A stretch of 54,813 bases of DNA. It comes from a virus. The notes below the pieces were generated by a model. That model was not told the DNA's origin and made no database searches. It saw only the letters and a list, made by a program, of their open reading frames with translations. Numbering within the stretch: the first letter of the stretch is position 1; each line of letters starts with the position of its first letter. The translations under genes and the position numbers were made by a program. The stretch covers positions 1 to 54,813 of the IMG/VR virus record IMGVR_UViG_3300002057_000001; one strand, given 5' to 3'. Positions 43,152-52,667 of this stretch are shown in pieces.

Positions 43152-44171
43152 TTAACTGGTGACAAGAGCGCCTTTCATCAGCGTCTTGGGTCGCAGGCAA
43201 AGCTGCAAGGCGTTCATTTGAGTTTCCCCGTCAATCGCCTTGCCGTTGTCACGGCTCCACTGTTTCGAGTACAGGCGGCGGCCACGGGTGTTCACCGTCT
43301 CGATGTAGTCACCCGGCGCATAGTATGTGCGGAAAAGGTTCGGGACACCGAGCGGGAAGAAATGAGCGCCGTCAGTTGCAACGCCGATGCCTTCACCGTC
43401 AATCTCACCGTAGTTTTCAAACACGATGCCACCGAATTCAAACATCGGGTTGTCACTGCGATTCTTGCCGATGTAGCTTTCACGCAAAATCTGCGCCTCA
43501 TTCCAGCCCTTGTACGTTTCCCGCACCTCGGCGCTTTTCAGAAGCGCGTCAAAGAAATTGTCTCCGACAAATGCGTGAACAGAACCGAAGCTGATGCCGC
43601 CCAGCGCCTTTTTCTGAGCGCGGATAATGCCGGTGCAGGCTTCCCGCAACTTCCCGTCAATCAACGTGCCAAAGTTGAAACTGACCGTGGCTGCCTGAGC
43701 AACACCAAACTCAGTGAACAGGTTCATCGTGGTGCCGTCAGCATAGGTGATGATGCCGGTCACAGCACCAAGGCGGGCAGCTTCCTCAGTGATGGCGAGG
43801 TCAGCAACATTCGCGGCCAGCTTGTCAGCCACGACGCCTTGAACGGTACGCAGCGCCGTTTCAGAGCCGAAGGCGCGGACGCCCTGCACCTCATCAGCCA
43901 GAACCGCCCAATCACGCTGAAAGTGCGGCACCTGGAAGCTGCGAAGAGTCCGTTTCGGCATGTCACGGGTTTCACCCGGCCCGCCGCGCGGGGTAGGCTT
44001 GACCAGTTGCAGGATGTCACCAACCCGCTCAATCCCGACAGCCGTTGTAGTCACGCCCGAAGTCGTGAACAGGCCAAGCCCCTGAATACGATTCGGACGG
44101 TATTGCAGATCATTCACCGCATCCGTGAGCGGGATGACACCAAAGGCGTCATTGTTGAAGATGTCCAGCAT
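43152..44171 (-). CDS. major capsid protein (lambda gpE family)
   Basis: Start refined to MLDIFNNDAFG, with AGGAG 8 nt upstream. The gpE-like N-terminus is followed by the decoration gene arrangement. Confidence 0.8.
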   Translation of the reverse strand: MLDIFNNDAFGVIPLTDAVNDLQYRPNRIQGLGLFTTSGVTTTAVGIERVGDILQLVKPTPRGGPGETRDMPKRTLRSFQVPHFQRDWAVLADEVQGVRAFGSETALRTVQGVVADKLAANVADLAITEEAARLGAVTGIITYADGTTMNLFTEFGVAQAATVSFNFGTLIDGKLREACTGIIRAQKKALGGISFGSVHAFVGDNFFDALLKSAEVRETYKGWNEAQILRESYIGKNRSDNPMFEFGGIVFENYGEIDGEGIGVATDGAHFFPLGVPNLFRTYYAPGDYIETVNTRGRRLYSKQWSRDNGKAIDGETQMNALQLCLRPKTLMKGALVTS

Positions 44172-44236
44172 CTTGCGTTCTCCTGTATTCCCGCTCAAGG
44201 CGGGTGCATCGTTGAAATCGCGATCTTGCCCCGCGA

Positions 44237-44596
44237 TTAGCGGACGATCACACCTTTTGCGGCGAGGTCAGCAACCTTGGCTGCTTTCTCTGCATCCGTA
44301 TCAACGGACGCCTCAAAGACGAGGCAGGCACCGTTCATTTCAGCATCCCGCGCGATCACAGCAGCGGGCACCGCTACCGTGCTGGCATCGACACCGGCAA
44401 TGATGACAGCGATGCCGGTATCAGCGGCACCTGCCGGTTTCATTTCACCGGCAGCAGCCCCGGCTGCAAGGACGGTGCCCGCCTCAACAACACCGCTGCC
44501 CGATTCGATCACCGTATTGTCACGCGACCGGCTCTTGTTTGCCTCAGAAAGAATGGCCTCGCCCGGATGACGGCCCTCTGAAAATTCCTGCCCCAT
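44237..44596 (-). CDS. head decoration protein (lambda gpD-like)
   Basis: 119 aa, between the protease and capsid genes, with a gpD-like C-terminal pattern. Confidence 0.65.
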   Translation of the reverse strand: MGQEFSEGRHPGEAILSEANKSRSRDNTVIESGSGVVEAGTVLAAGAAAGEMKPAGAADTGIAVIIAGVDASTVAVPAAVIARDAEMNGACLVFEASVDTDAEKAAKVADLAAKGVIVR

Positions 44597-44651
44597 CGGG
44601 ACTCTCCTTTGAAATCGTGGTTTTGTTTTAGGTTGACGTGATCAGGCGCGG

Positions 44652-45965
44652 TTAAACGCGCTGATTTGCCTCTGCGATGGCGGCACCCCAACCGGCCTTG
44701 GCCTCGGCAGGGGGCGTTGCGGTATCACCGCCGCCCATTTCAGCTTCACCCTTGGCCCGTTCCTCAACGGTCAGCGGGGCGGCCTTTTCAGTGCCGCCCT
44801 CAAGAGCGGTTTCAGCGAGGACGGCAGCAGCCGATTCCGCGCTCATGTCGCTGTTCAGCGCCATTGCCATTGCAGCTTTCGGGCGACCCTTGGCCGCGTC
44901 ACTGCTCATAATGCTGCTGATGCGGGCACGTTCCTGAGTTGCGCCCTCTTTCACGCCATCAGCTTTCGCCTGCGTGACGGCGGCATCATGTGCCGCCTGC
45001 GTCACTGCGTTCACCTCAGCCGTAGGCTGTGCTTTGTCAGTTGCCATCGTGATTGTGTCCTGTGTTTTGAAGCCGGAAACGGCCCCTTGCTGCAATTCGG
45101 CAAGCACCGTCTCGAACGTGCCGATTCGATCCGCTAGATTGCGGTCAATCGCCTGCTGCCCGATAAAGACGTTTGCCTCAGTTTGACGGGCCGCGCTTGC
45201 GTTCATACGCGCGCCCCTGCCGTTCTCAACCGTCTCAAGGAAACGGTCATAGAGAGTGTTGACGCGAGATTGCAGGTTGTCTTTCACGCCCGCTGACAGC
45301 GGGCCGAACGGGTGCCCGTCAACCTTGTTCGCCCCGGCGTGAATGATCGTCGCTTTCACGCCTTTTTTCTCAAGTTCGCCGCTGTGATCCATGTGAACCA
45401 AAACAACGCCGATGCTACCAATCATGCTAGTTGGTGAGCAGACGATTTCATGCGCCCCGGATGCGATGCCGTAGGCGGCAGATGCGGCCAGATCATCGAC
45501 AACAGCGATGACCGGCTTGACCGCGTTTGCAGCCCTGACCTTTTCAGCAAGGCCAAACATCCCGGTTGCCTCACCCCCAGGGCTGTCAATATCAAGGATG
45601 ATTGCCGTCACCTCATCATCCTGCATAGCAGCAGCAATCTGAGCGCCGATCCCCTCATAGGATGTCAGGCCGCTGTCAGCACCGATCCATGCGCCACGGT
45701 TGACCAATGATCCATGAATCTCAACAATCGCGACAGTCCCGGCCCGCCGAGCAAGGCTATAGCTGCCGTCTGAGCGCCGCCTGCGCCCTGTGAAGGCGCT
45801 GGCCTCAGTCTCAGGATCATCTTGGGGCTGATCCCCGATGTCATCAGAGCCGCCCCGCGTGATGCGGGCCTGCAATACCTGAAAGAGCGTCTGAGCCTTT
45901 CCCGGTTCCAACAGGAGCGGGGTGCCGATCATCCTATCAGCAATCAGGGGCAGATAGTTTGCCAT
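44652..45965 (-). CDS. S49 (SppA/ClpP-fold) head maturation protease with a scaffold-like C-terminal half (lambda gpC/Nu3-like)
   Basis: Start refined to MANYLPL. ILDIDSPGGEA...AASAAYGIASGA...GSIGV is the S49 core. Confidence 0.8.
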   Translation of the reverse strand: MANYLPLIADRMIGTPLLLEPGKAQTLFQVLQARITRGGSDDIGDQPQDDPETEASAFTGRRRRSDGSYSLARRAGTVAIVEIHGSLVNRGAWIGADSGLTSYEGIGAQIAAAMQDDEVTAIILDIDSPGGEATGMFGLAEKVRAANAVKPVIAVVDDLAASAAYGIASGAHEIVCSPTSMIGSIGVVLVHMDHSGELEKKGVKATIIHAGANKVDGHPFGPLSAGVKDNLQSRVNTLYDRFLETVENGRGARMNASAARQTEANVFIGQQAIDRNLADRIGTFETVLAELQQGAVSGFKTQDTITMATDKAQPTAEVNAVTQAAHDAAVTQAKADGVKEGATQERARISSIMSSDAAKGRPKAAMAMALNSDMSAESAAAVLAETALEGGTEKAAPLTVEERAKGEAEMGGGDTATPPAEAKAGWGAAIAEANQRV

Positions 45966-45966
45966 T

Positions 45967-46245
45967 TTAACACCCTCTCCGGCCACGCAGCGGGCCAACA
46001 GCAAATTTCCGGGCACGTTTACCCTTTGAAATGAGGCAGGCGTTTTCTGCCTCAGTGATTGCGGCATCAAGGCGGGGCAGGCTGGCCGTTGTGTATTTCA
46101 CGCGCCGCCTCACCCCGTTGCCGCTTTCAAAGTCATATTCAGCGACGGCCTCACCCGTTATCAGCTTGTCACGTTTCAGCCTCAGGCGGGCCGCCCTGAG
46201 GCATGGGTTTTCCTCATCAGGCGGGTCAACTACGCTTTCCGTCAT
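45967..46245 (-). CDS. lambda gpW-like head-tail joining protein
   Basis: LRAARLRLKRDKLITGEAV...RRRVKYT...L..LDAAITEAE parallels lambda gpW. Confidence 0.55.
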   Translation of the reverse strand: MTESVVDPPDEENPCLRAARLRLKRDKLITGEAVAEYDFESGNGVRRRVKYTTASLPRLDAAITEAENACLISKGKRARKFAVGPLRGRRGC

Positions 46246-47857
46246 CCTTGTCCTCGCCTTTCTCATCATCAGGGCCGCCGTTATGGCCTATATTGCTGAC
46301 AGGCTCAGGCAGTCCGTATTGCTCACGCAGCTTTTTCTCACGCGCTCGTTCCGCGTAGACATCCTCAATATCGGTGCCCAGATCATTCGCAATCTGAGCA
46401 TCAGTGATGACGCCCATGTCACGATAAGTCTGATGAGCCTTTGCCGTCTTGAGGTTGTCAGCCTGTGCCTTAGGAGCGCCGAGCCACAGCGCACGGCAGG
46501 CCGCCGTGCGATTGTTCAGAAATCCGCTGATACCGCCCGGAAAGCTGATCAGGCCAAGTTCAATCTGTTCCTCAAGCCAAGCCTCATAGATGGCCTGACA
46601 GAATGGCGCGACAATGAAGTCACGCCGCCCTTTCGTGATGGGAAAGATTTCCTCAACCGCCATGCGAACAGATGAGTAGGTTGCCCCGGTATAATCCCCG
46701 GTAGCGCTCTCATAAGTCATGCCGAGGCATCGCGCGATTTCACGCAGCAGGTGCGTTGCGAATTCCTTGTATGACGTGTTCGGATGTTCCGGTGACAGAA
46801 ACTCAAGTTTCTGGCCGGGGAACGTGCTGACAACCCGGCCATTCATGCCGACATCAATCACGTTGCCGTCATACCAGCCCTGTTGCAGTTCAGCCCATAC
46901 CTCAATGGGTGAAACGCCCTCAGCAACCAATTTCTGATATTCCTGAGGCGTGAGCAGCCCTTGAATAGCATCCTCAGTCGGCGCATCAGATTGAATGTTC
47001 GCCGCGAACACCGTCTGAATGAGCGCCGCAACCAAAGTGCTATCTGCAAGCTGATCAAACTGCTTGGCGACTTTCATCACCGGCACAAGAGGCGTGATCC
47101 CTCGCACCTGCCCAGGAAGCCCCTGAAAGATGAATATGACACGGGGCCGCCCGTAGGCGTCCCGTGCCCGCACCATCACGTCATAGTCACCGATGAGCGG
47201 GTCACGCCGCGTTGCAAGGTAGCCCGTAGGCATCCCGTCACGGTCAAGCCGGACACCGTTTGTGATGCGCTGCAACGGGTCAGTGCGCCGAGACAGGCGA
47301 CTTGATGACATCAGCCGAACCTTGGTGCCGATCCGGCTGCCGTACCGGCGACGATACCCGATTTCACCGAGGATTTCCCCGGTGACAAGCCATGACCGAA
47401 ACGCCGCGCTCTGCATTTCTGCAACGGTGCGCCGCCCCTCAAGATCACATTCCAGCGGGTTGCGTGAATAGAGTTCCCAGCGCCGCTCAACATCGTTGCG
47501 CCACGCCTGAGCATCCTTTTCAGACATCCCGAAAAGATCATTCTCAGGCGATGCCCTCAGGCGCAGGCCGCTGCCTACCGTGTTTGCTACGGCCTGATCA
47601 AACATGCCGCTAATCCAGCCGGAATTCTGCACAAGGTCAGTTGCCCGCGCCGTCGCCGCCTCCCATGATGCCCCGATGTCGTCAGAGACTTCCCGAAGCG
47701 CTGGCCGCCACATGCCGCCCGCTGCATTACCAGCACCCCGCATGAATTCAGAGCGGCCACGCAAGTTGCTGCCGCCCGCATCATGCGGGGAAAGCGGGGC
47801 AGATTTTTCAGGGCTGATCAACCCTTTCACCCTGCTGATCAATCCTGCCATTTTCAC
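46226..47857 (-). CDS. portal protein (lambda gpB family)
   Basis: 543 aa, syntenic after terminase A/W. Confidence 0.8.
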   Translation of the reverse strand: MKMAGLISRVKGLISPEKSAPLSPHDAGGSNLRGRSEFMRGAGNAAGGMWRPALREVSDDIGASWEAATARATDLVQNSGWISGMFDQAVANTVGSGLRLRASPENDLFGMSEKDAQAWRNDVERRWELYSRNPLECDLEGRRTVAEMQSAAFRSWLVTGEILGEIGYRRRYGSRIGTKVRLMSSSRLSRRTDPLQRITNGVRLDRDGMPTGYLATRRDPLIGDYDVMVRARDAYGRPRVIFIFQGLPGQVRGITPLVPVMKVAKQFDQLADSTLVAALIQTVFAANIQSDAPTEDAIQGLLTPQEYQKLVAEGVSPIEVWAELQQGWYDGNVIDVGMNGRVVSTFPGQKLEFLSPEHPNTSYKEFATHLLREIARCLGMTYESATGDYTGATYSSVRMAVEEIFPITKGRRDFIVAPFCQAIYEAWLEEQIELGLISFPGGISGFLNNRTAACRALWLGAPKAQADNLKTAKAHQTYRDMGVITDAQIANDLGTDIEDVYAERAREKKLREQYGLPEPVSNIGHNGGPDDEKGEDKDDGKRS

Positions 47858-49902
47858 TACCTCGCACGGCCACGGTGCCCTAAGCGCCCGAACCTTTTTC
47901 TCAGATCAGCAACGGCATCAACCGCCGGTGCCGGGGGTTCATCATCAGCGTCATCAGTCTCAGGATCATTCACAGCCTCATCATCTGGGATGACAGATAC
48001 GTCATCACCATATGAGCGGGATGTGCCCTCAGGAATCGTCTGCACGTTCAGAATAAAGCCCATCGCGGCGGCAATCGCCTCTGCATCAAGAAAGTGGTTG
48101 TCTTTCCTGATGGGCTTCCATTCCGGCTTGGGTTTACCCGGCGCGACGATGCGAACCTCAGAAAGCACCTGCCGCGCATAATCCTCATCTGCCTCACTGT
48201 GCAAATAGAAATATCCAGCCCCGTCAGACGGGGCTTTAATCCTGCTATGCACAAGGCTTTTGAAGAAATCAGGGCAAAGCATAGCCAGTTTCACTGAGTA
48301 AGCGCGGCGCTTTCCGTCCGGCTTGACTTCAATTTCACTGATTGAATAAGGCTTGCCCCCTGTTGTGCTGCGCCCCTTTGTAGGAACGCAGATGTGAGAA
48401 TACTGACGACAGAACGCATAAACGCGGTGAATACTGCCTGCATCTTTTTTGTCCGGCCTAAAACCGGAATCAATGCCGACTTTCTCGATGTAAACCCCGC
48501 TGATGGGTTCCTGCATGACATCAGCAAGCTGATCCCACACATCATCCTTTTCAGTATCCCCGATCAGGAAGCCGTTGAGGATGAGCCAAGAGCGGCCCCG
48601 CGCGCCGTATCCGCGAACAACATAGTAGATGCCGCTTTTCTGAACATCGACGCCCATCACAAGCCGGATCACACCGGGGTTCAACACCCCTGGCGGAAAG
48701 TGCGTCTTGTGCTTGAGCAGCGCTTTCCAATCTGGCATGTCACCGGAAACACCCGGCGCATACACCTCACCGAAATTTGCGTTCACGGCAGTCTGTTTCT
48801 TGTCCTCCTCACCTGACATTTCGGCTTTCACAAGCCGCTCAGCGCGCCGCCCCCATGACACGAAGGGTGAGGCCAGCCCGGACGCCCACTGTGAATAGGT
48901 CGTGTTGTCAGGCGGGTTCTGATCTGCCTTGGCATCCTCAACGGATTGCCCAGGTGCAATCATAAAGCCGCCCGCGTTCATTGCCGCCTTGGTTTCGCTG
49001 TCCTCACCCTCAGTGATTTCACAGCCGCATGACGGGCACTCAATGAAGGCTGAGCGCAGAGCAACAGCCGGGGTTGCCCCCGTCTTCCATTTCAGGTGCT
49101 TCCTCATCGGAATGAAAGGATCATTGCAGTGAGGGCAGTGCCAAGCCCAGTGATGCCGGGTGCCCTCCTGAAAGAGCCGCCAGATAGGGCTGGCAATTTC
49201 CTCAACATCACCGATGGCCCAAAACTCAAGGCCGTTGATTTCACACTCGACGGTTTCAACAACACCCTGAGAGGGCGTTGAGGCAATGACGGTGACAAAA
49301 TCCGCGTAGGTTTCCCCGCGCGCTTCAATCAGCCCCAGAGCATCACCTTGACCGCGAATGTTGCCAACCATTTCATCATACTCATCCACCAGAGCCAGCG
49401 CTGCCGGGTCAGATTTAAGCTGTGATGATGACGCGGCAGATGCGAACCGCACCTTTACCCCGGCAACATATTTGAGGGTTTTTTTCTCACGCCGCCCCCG
49501 GATCAGCTTATCAGTAAGGGATTCACATTGGTTGATCATCCCGACGAAACGCGGTTCAAAAATATCCCGGTTGAAGTCACCGGACGGCCCGACATACAGG
49601 ATAGGCGCAGGGCGCTCATCTAAGCGCTGCCCCATGATGTCAAGCTGCGTGTCAGTCTTGCCCATCTGAGCCGCTGTGACGGCCACCACGCGCTGATACC
49701 GCCCGGACACCGCAGCCCTGCCGAAAGGCACAAGAGATGGGGATAAGTGCGGATTACGCGGGCCAGGAACACCGGCCTCAGCCGGATATTCCCGGTTTTT
49801 AGCAGCCCAATCCTCAGGAAGTGACTGAACAGGAACACGCAGCAAATCAGAGAACCTGCGATGCAGAGACGCGGATTGCGAAAAGTCAGATTTAATAGTC
49901 AC
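47857..49902 (-). CDS. terminase large subunit (lambda gpA family)
   Basis: 681 aa. A Walker-A-like QMGKTD is present, and CPHC...CPSC is a zinc-finger-like motif typical of gpA. Confidence 0.85.
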   Translation of the reverse strand: MTIKSDFSQSASLHRRFSDLLRVPVQSLPEDWAAKNREYPAEAGVPGPRNPHLSPSLVPFGRAAVSGRYQRVVAVTAAQMGKTDTQLDIMGQRLDERPAPILYVGPSGDFNRDIFEPRFVGMINQCESLTDKLIRGRREKKTLKYVAGVKVRFASAASSSQLKSDPAALALVDEYDEMVGNIRGQGDALGLIEARGETYADFVTVIASTPSQGVVETVECEINGLEFWAIGDVEEIASPIWRLFQEGTRHHWAWHCPHCNDPFIPMRKHLKWKTGATPAVALRSAFIECPSCGCEITEGEDSETKAAMNAGGFMIAPGQSVEDAKADQNPPDNTTYSQWASGLASPFVSWGRRAERLVKAEMSGEEDKKQTAVNANFGEVYAPGVSGDMPDWKALLKHKTHFPPGVLNPGVIRLVMGVDVQKSGIYYVVRGYGARGRSWLILNGFLIGDTEKDDVWDQLADVMQEPISGVYIEKVGIDSGFRPDKKDAGSIHRVYAFCRQYSHICVPTKGRSTTGGKPYSISEIEVKPDGKRRAYSVKLAMLCPDFFKSLVHSRIKAPSDGAGYFYLHSEADEDYARQVLSEVRIVAPGKPKPEWKPIRKDNHFLDAEAIAAAMGFILNVQTIPEGTSRSYGDDVSVIPDDEAVNDPETDDADDEPPAPAVDAVADLRKRFGRLGHRGRAR

Positions 49903-49930
49903 CCTTTCGCCTTTCCTCTATCCCCCTGAA

Positions 49931-50416
49931 TCAGTCAACATCCTCACCTGTCTGAATCGCGGCGGCCTTTTCATCCATTCCATCCGCGACCTTGTTCATC
50001 GCCGTTGCGATGATACCGTCAAGCCTTTTGCGGTCAGCAACATCACGGGTGAACCGCGCCGGAACAGCCATCATTTCTGAGCGCATCAGACCGGCTGCGC
50101 TGTCAAGAACAACGCGGACATCCTCAACCGGAACAAGCTGCCTGCGTTTCTCGGCCATTTCCATTTCAAGCCGATCACCCCGGATGCTTTGAATTCGGGA
50201 TGCCCCGGCGCTCTTTGATGAGCGCCTTTCCTCATCTTTCAGAAATTTGATGTAGCCCTGAACAACCGCTGCAAGGTTCCAGCGGTTCTTGGCTATTTTC
50301 TGAAAGTATTCCATTTTCTCAAGCTGCCCGATTCGGGCCTTGCTTACCATCAGCAGGCGGGCAGCCATATCCGTTGTAATGGTGCCGCGCTGTTCATCAG
50401 TCTCCGATGTACTCAT
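49931..50416 (-). CDS. terminase small subunit (lambda Nu1-like)
   Basis: The N-terminal HTH reads ITTDMAARLLMVSKARIGQLEK. The gene is directly upstream of gpA. An alternative start exists at 50470. Confidence 0.6.
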   Translation of the reverse strand: MSTSETDEQRGTITTDMAARLLMVSKARIGQLEKMEYFQKIAKNRWNLAAVVQGYIKFLKDEERRSSKSAGASRIQSIRGDRLEMEMAEKRRQLVPVEDVRVVLDSAAGLMRSEMMAVPARFTRDVADRKRLDGIIATAMNKVADGMDEKAAAIQTGEDVD

Positions 50417-50873
50417 CAGGTATCCATTCACTGACCTTGAACACATTAGAAGTGTTTCTGATGATGACACCGGCTGTTGTGATCCATCTTGTCTTGATCA
50501 CATAGTTACCGACATTCAAACCGCACTCACGCTCAAGATACCAAGCGTAAAGAGGAACCTGACCTAGTTTTTCCTCAGGGTCATAGTGAGAAAAACCGTC
50601 ACCAGTACATAACAGAATAATTTCCTCACCCTCAACGGAATAGACATCAGCAATCCATTGAGCGTCGAATTCTTGAAATACCGTCCGATCATAAACAATC
50701 ATCGGGTCGTCACCGATACGGTGATCAGGAACGCTGACAGCAGAAACAATCATCCAATTTGCAGGATGATTTGCCTCACGGTTTGTGAATTTAACAGCGG
50801 CAATGAAAGAAAGAACAATCACAACCAAGGCTATAAAGTCAACTGTGTAGCTTGCTGCTTTTGTTTTTCTCAT
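50397..50873 (-). CDS. membrane-anchored protein (AT-rich moron-like gene)
   Basis: The N-terminal transmembrane segment reads YTVDFIALVVIVLSFIAAV. GC is visibly lower than in the flanks. Confidence 0.55.
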   Translation of the reverse strand: MRKTKAASYTVDFIALVVIVLSFIAAVKFTNREANHPANWMIVSAVSVPDHRIGDDPMIVYDRTVFQEFDAQWIADVYSVEGEEIILLCTGDGFSHYDPEEKLGQVPLYAWYLERECGLNVGNYVIKTRWITTAGVIIRNTSNVFKVSEWIPDEYIGD

Positions 50874-51094
50874 AGCCCAAGAAATCCTTTGATCAGCGTT
50901 CTGATGCGCCCAAGATCAGTGACAATAGCCATTGCTGCTGCTGATGACCAGAACACGCCACGGCCCCACGCTTCCGCGTTGCTCATCTTGCGTTCATGCT
51001 CACCCGTCAATTCCTCAAGACGGGAAAGGCGCTCAATCAGTTGACTATTGCTTGATTTAAGCAACTCAATTTCAGTTTCAGGGGAAAGGCTCAT
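50870..51094 (-). CDS. small coiled-coil protein with a C-terminal hydrophobic segment
   Basis: 74-aa ORF. Confidence 0.45.
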   Translation of the reverse strand: MSLSPETEIELLKSSNSQLIERLSRLEELTGEHERKMSNAEAWGRGVFWSSAAAMAIVTDLGRIRTLIKGFLGL

Positions 51095-51141
51095 ACTTTT
51101 TCATCTCTCATCTAACAATCCCCCAAATCAAGTGAAGGGCA

Positions 51142-51163
51142 GGGCCGCCCTCAGGGGCGGCCC
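51142..51163 (-). terminator. GC hairpin after the protease gene (terminator candidate; alternatively part of cos)
   Basis: A 9-bp stem GGGCCGCCC / GGGCGGCCC with a 4-nt loop is followed on the minus strand by a moderately T-rich tail. Confidence 0.45.
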
Positions 51164-51169
51164 CCGTCA

Positions 51170-52174
51170 TCAGTTCAGCCCAACAGCCAGCCGGATCAAA
51201 GGCGCGGCTGTGAACGTCTGCTGAAAGCCACGCGCGAGGCAGACCCCCCCGCCCTCACGAATGACATAGGACAGCACTGAGATAGCGACACGCGGGTCAC
51301 TGGCAAGGCGGGCAGAGCCGCCGCTGTCACCCTGACAGGCACCCTCAACCAACCCGGTGGGTGACTGCACCGTGATCTTGATCAACCCGGCCCGCGTGGC
51401 GTTCATGTTCGCCATTTTGAGAACAGGTGACGCCATGCGCCCGGACACCGGATCACCCTTGGTTGATCCCCAGCCCGCGACGATGATGTCAGTGTCAGAC
51501 TTGATTGCCTGATACTCAGCCCGCGTTGCAAGCCGCGCCATCTGATGCGGGGCAAGGTCAACCGGCTCAACCAACTCGATCAGCGCGACATCCTCACCAT
51601 AGGTGACGCCGACATCAGGGTCATAGCCTGGGGAAACAAGAGCGCGGAAACCGTATGAGCGCTTCATCGTTTCACGGCTGGCCGTGCCGTCACCGGCACC
51701 GTACCAAATATCAAAACGGTCGTATTGCCCTTCCTGCTCAAGAACACAGTGAGCCGCCGTCACGACATAGCGCGGGCCGAGTTCAGCATAGATTGCGCCG
51801 GTACACTGCCCGAATCCTTGCTGAACAACACGGCCCTGATCATCCCGGTCAGCAAAGGCCATCTGAATCAGGACAGCCCCCGGCACATCAAGCAGGGTTG
51901 CCTCACGGCCCCCGACGATTGCCGCGACAGGCTGCCCCCGGCGCAGGCTGAGGCTTGCGGGCACCTGAGAACCGACAGCATAGTCAGGTTTCACGCGCCC
52001 GGTTTCAACAACACGCAGCGCTGACAGATCAGCCTCACCTGCTGCCGCGAGGATCACAGGTGCCTGAACGGCCCCGGCCTCATCAGTGAATTGCGCCGTG
52101 ATCAGTCCGGCTGAGGCCGTCAGCATCACCGCGCCGACAAGGCCAAGGGCAAAGGGTTTCAGCTTTCCCAACAT
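51170..52174 (-). CDS. secreted trypsin-like (S1 family) serine protease
   Basis: The signal peptide reads MLGKLKPFALGLVGAVMLTASAGLITAQ. The catalytic triad motifs VVTAAHCV, DVALIEL and CQGDSGGS occur in the canonical order. Confidence 0.8.
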   Translation of the reverse strand: MLGKLKPFALGLVGAVMLTASAGLITAQFTDEAGAVQAPVILAAAGEADLSALRVVETGRVKPDYAVGSQVPASLSLRRGQPVAAIVGGREATLLDVPGAVLIQMAFADRDDQGRVVQQGFGQCTGAIYAELGPRYVVTAAHCVLEQEGQYDRFDIWYGAGDGTASRETMKRSYGFRALVSPGYDPDVGVTYGEDVALIELVEPVDLAPHQMARLATRAEYQAIKSDTDIIVAGWGSTKGDPVSGRMASPVLKMANMNATRAGLIKITVQSPTGLVEGACQGDSGGSARLASDPRVAISVLSYVIREGGGVCLARGFQQTFTAAPLIRLAVGLN

Positions 52175-52380
52175 CCGTTTTTCTCCCCGTTGGCTTCATG
52201 GCTATCAAGCCAATCAGACAACTCCTGTGAAATGACTTCGATGTCCTCAGCAGTGAATTCCGCTGAGGTCCACCCCGCGCACTTGTCAACCGGGGCTGTT
52301 TGAGGTGCCTGTTCCCCGATGAGGAAGGCACACCCGCTCAGCATCAGTGACAGGATCACGGCAAGGCCGAGGCGCTTCAT
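52159..52380 (-). CDS. lipoprotein, o-spanin candidate
   Basis: The lipobox is LMLSG-C. The mature part is about 55 aa with two further Cys residues. The gene overlaps the protease start by 16 nt. Confidence 0.6.
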   Translation of the reverse strand: MKRLGLAVILSLMLSGCAFLIGEQAPQTAPVDKCAGWTSAEFTAEDIEVISQELSDWLDSHEANGEKNGCWES

Positions 52381-52661
52381 TGCAGCGCCTCAACGTGTTC
52401 ATAGACGCGCCCGGTTTCCCCGCCGTGAGCGCTGTCAAAAACACTGACACCCTCAAGAGCGCGCTCAACCGCGTACAGCGCTTCACGCTGCTTGTCTGGG
52501 CACACCTGCCCATCAGGGCCGCTCAGCGTTTCTTTTGCTGCTTTCAGAGCAAGAGTGCTGCTGTGCATACCGCGCATGATTTCAGCGAGGGTATCCGGTG
52601 CTTTTAGCACCTGCTCAACTGAATCTTTCAGCCGCATAGCCTTATCAAGATCAGTCATCAT
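52377..52661 (-). CDS. hypothetical soluble protein in the lysis cassette
   Basis: 94 aa, with an ATGA overlap to the lipoprotein gene. Confidence 0.5.
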   Translation of the reverse strand: MMTDLDKAMRLKDSVEQVLKAPDTLAEIMRGMHSSTLALKAAKETLSGPDGQVCPDKQREALYAVERALEGVSVFDSAHGGETGRVYEHVEALQ

Positions 52662-52667
52662 GTTCCC

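Noticed and set aside
43218-44240. 340-aa plus-strand ORF
   Set aside because: It is antisense to the well-supported major capsid gene and has no RBS or syntenic logic.
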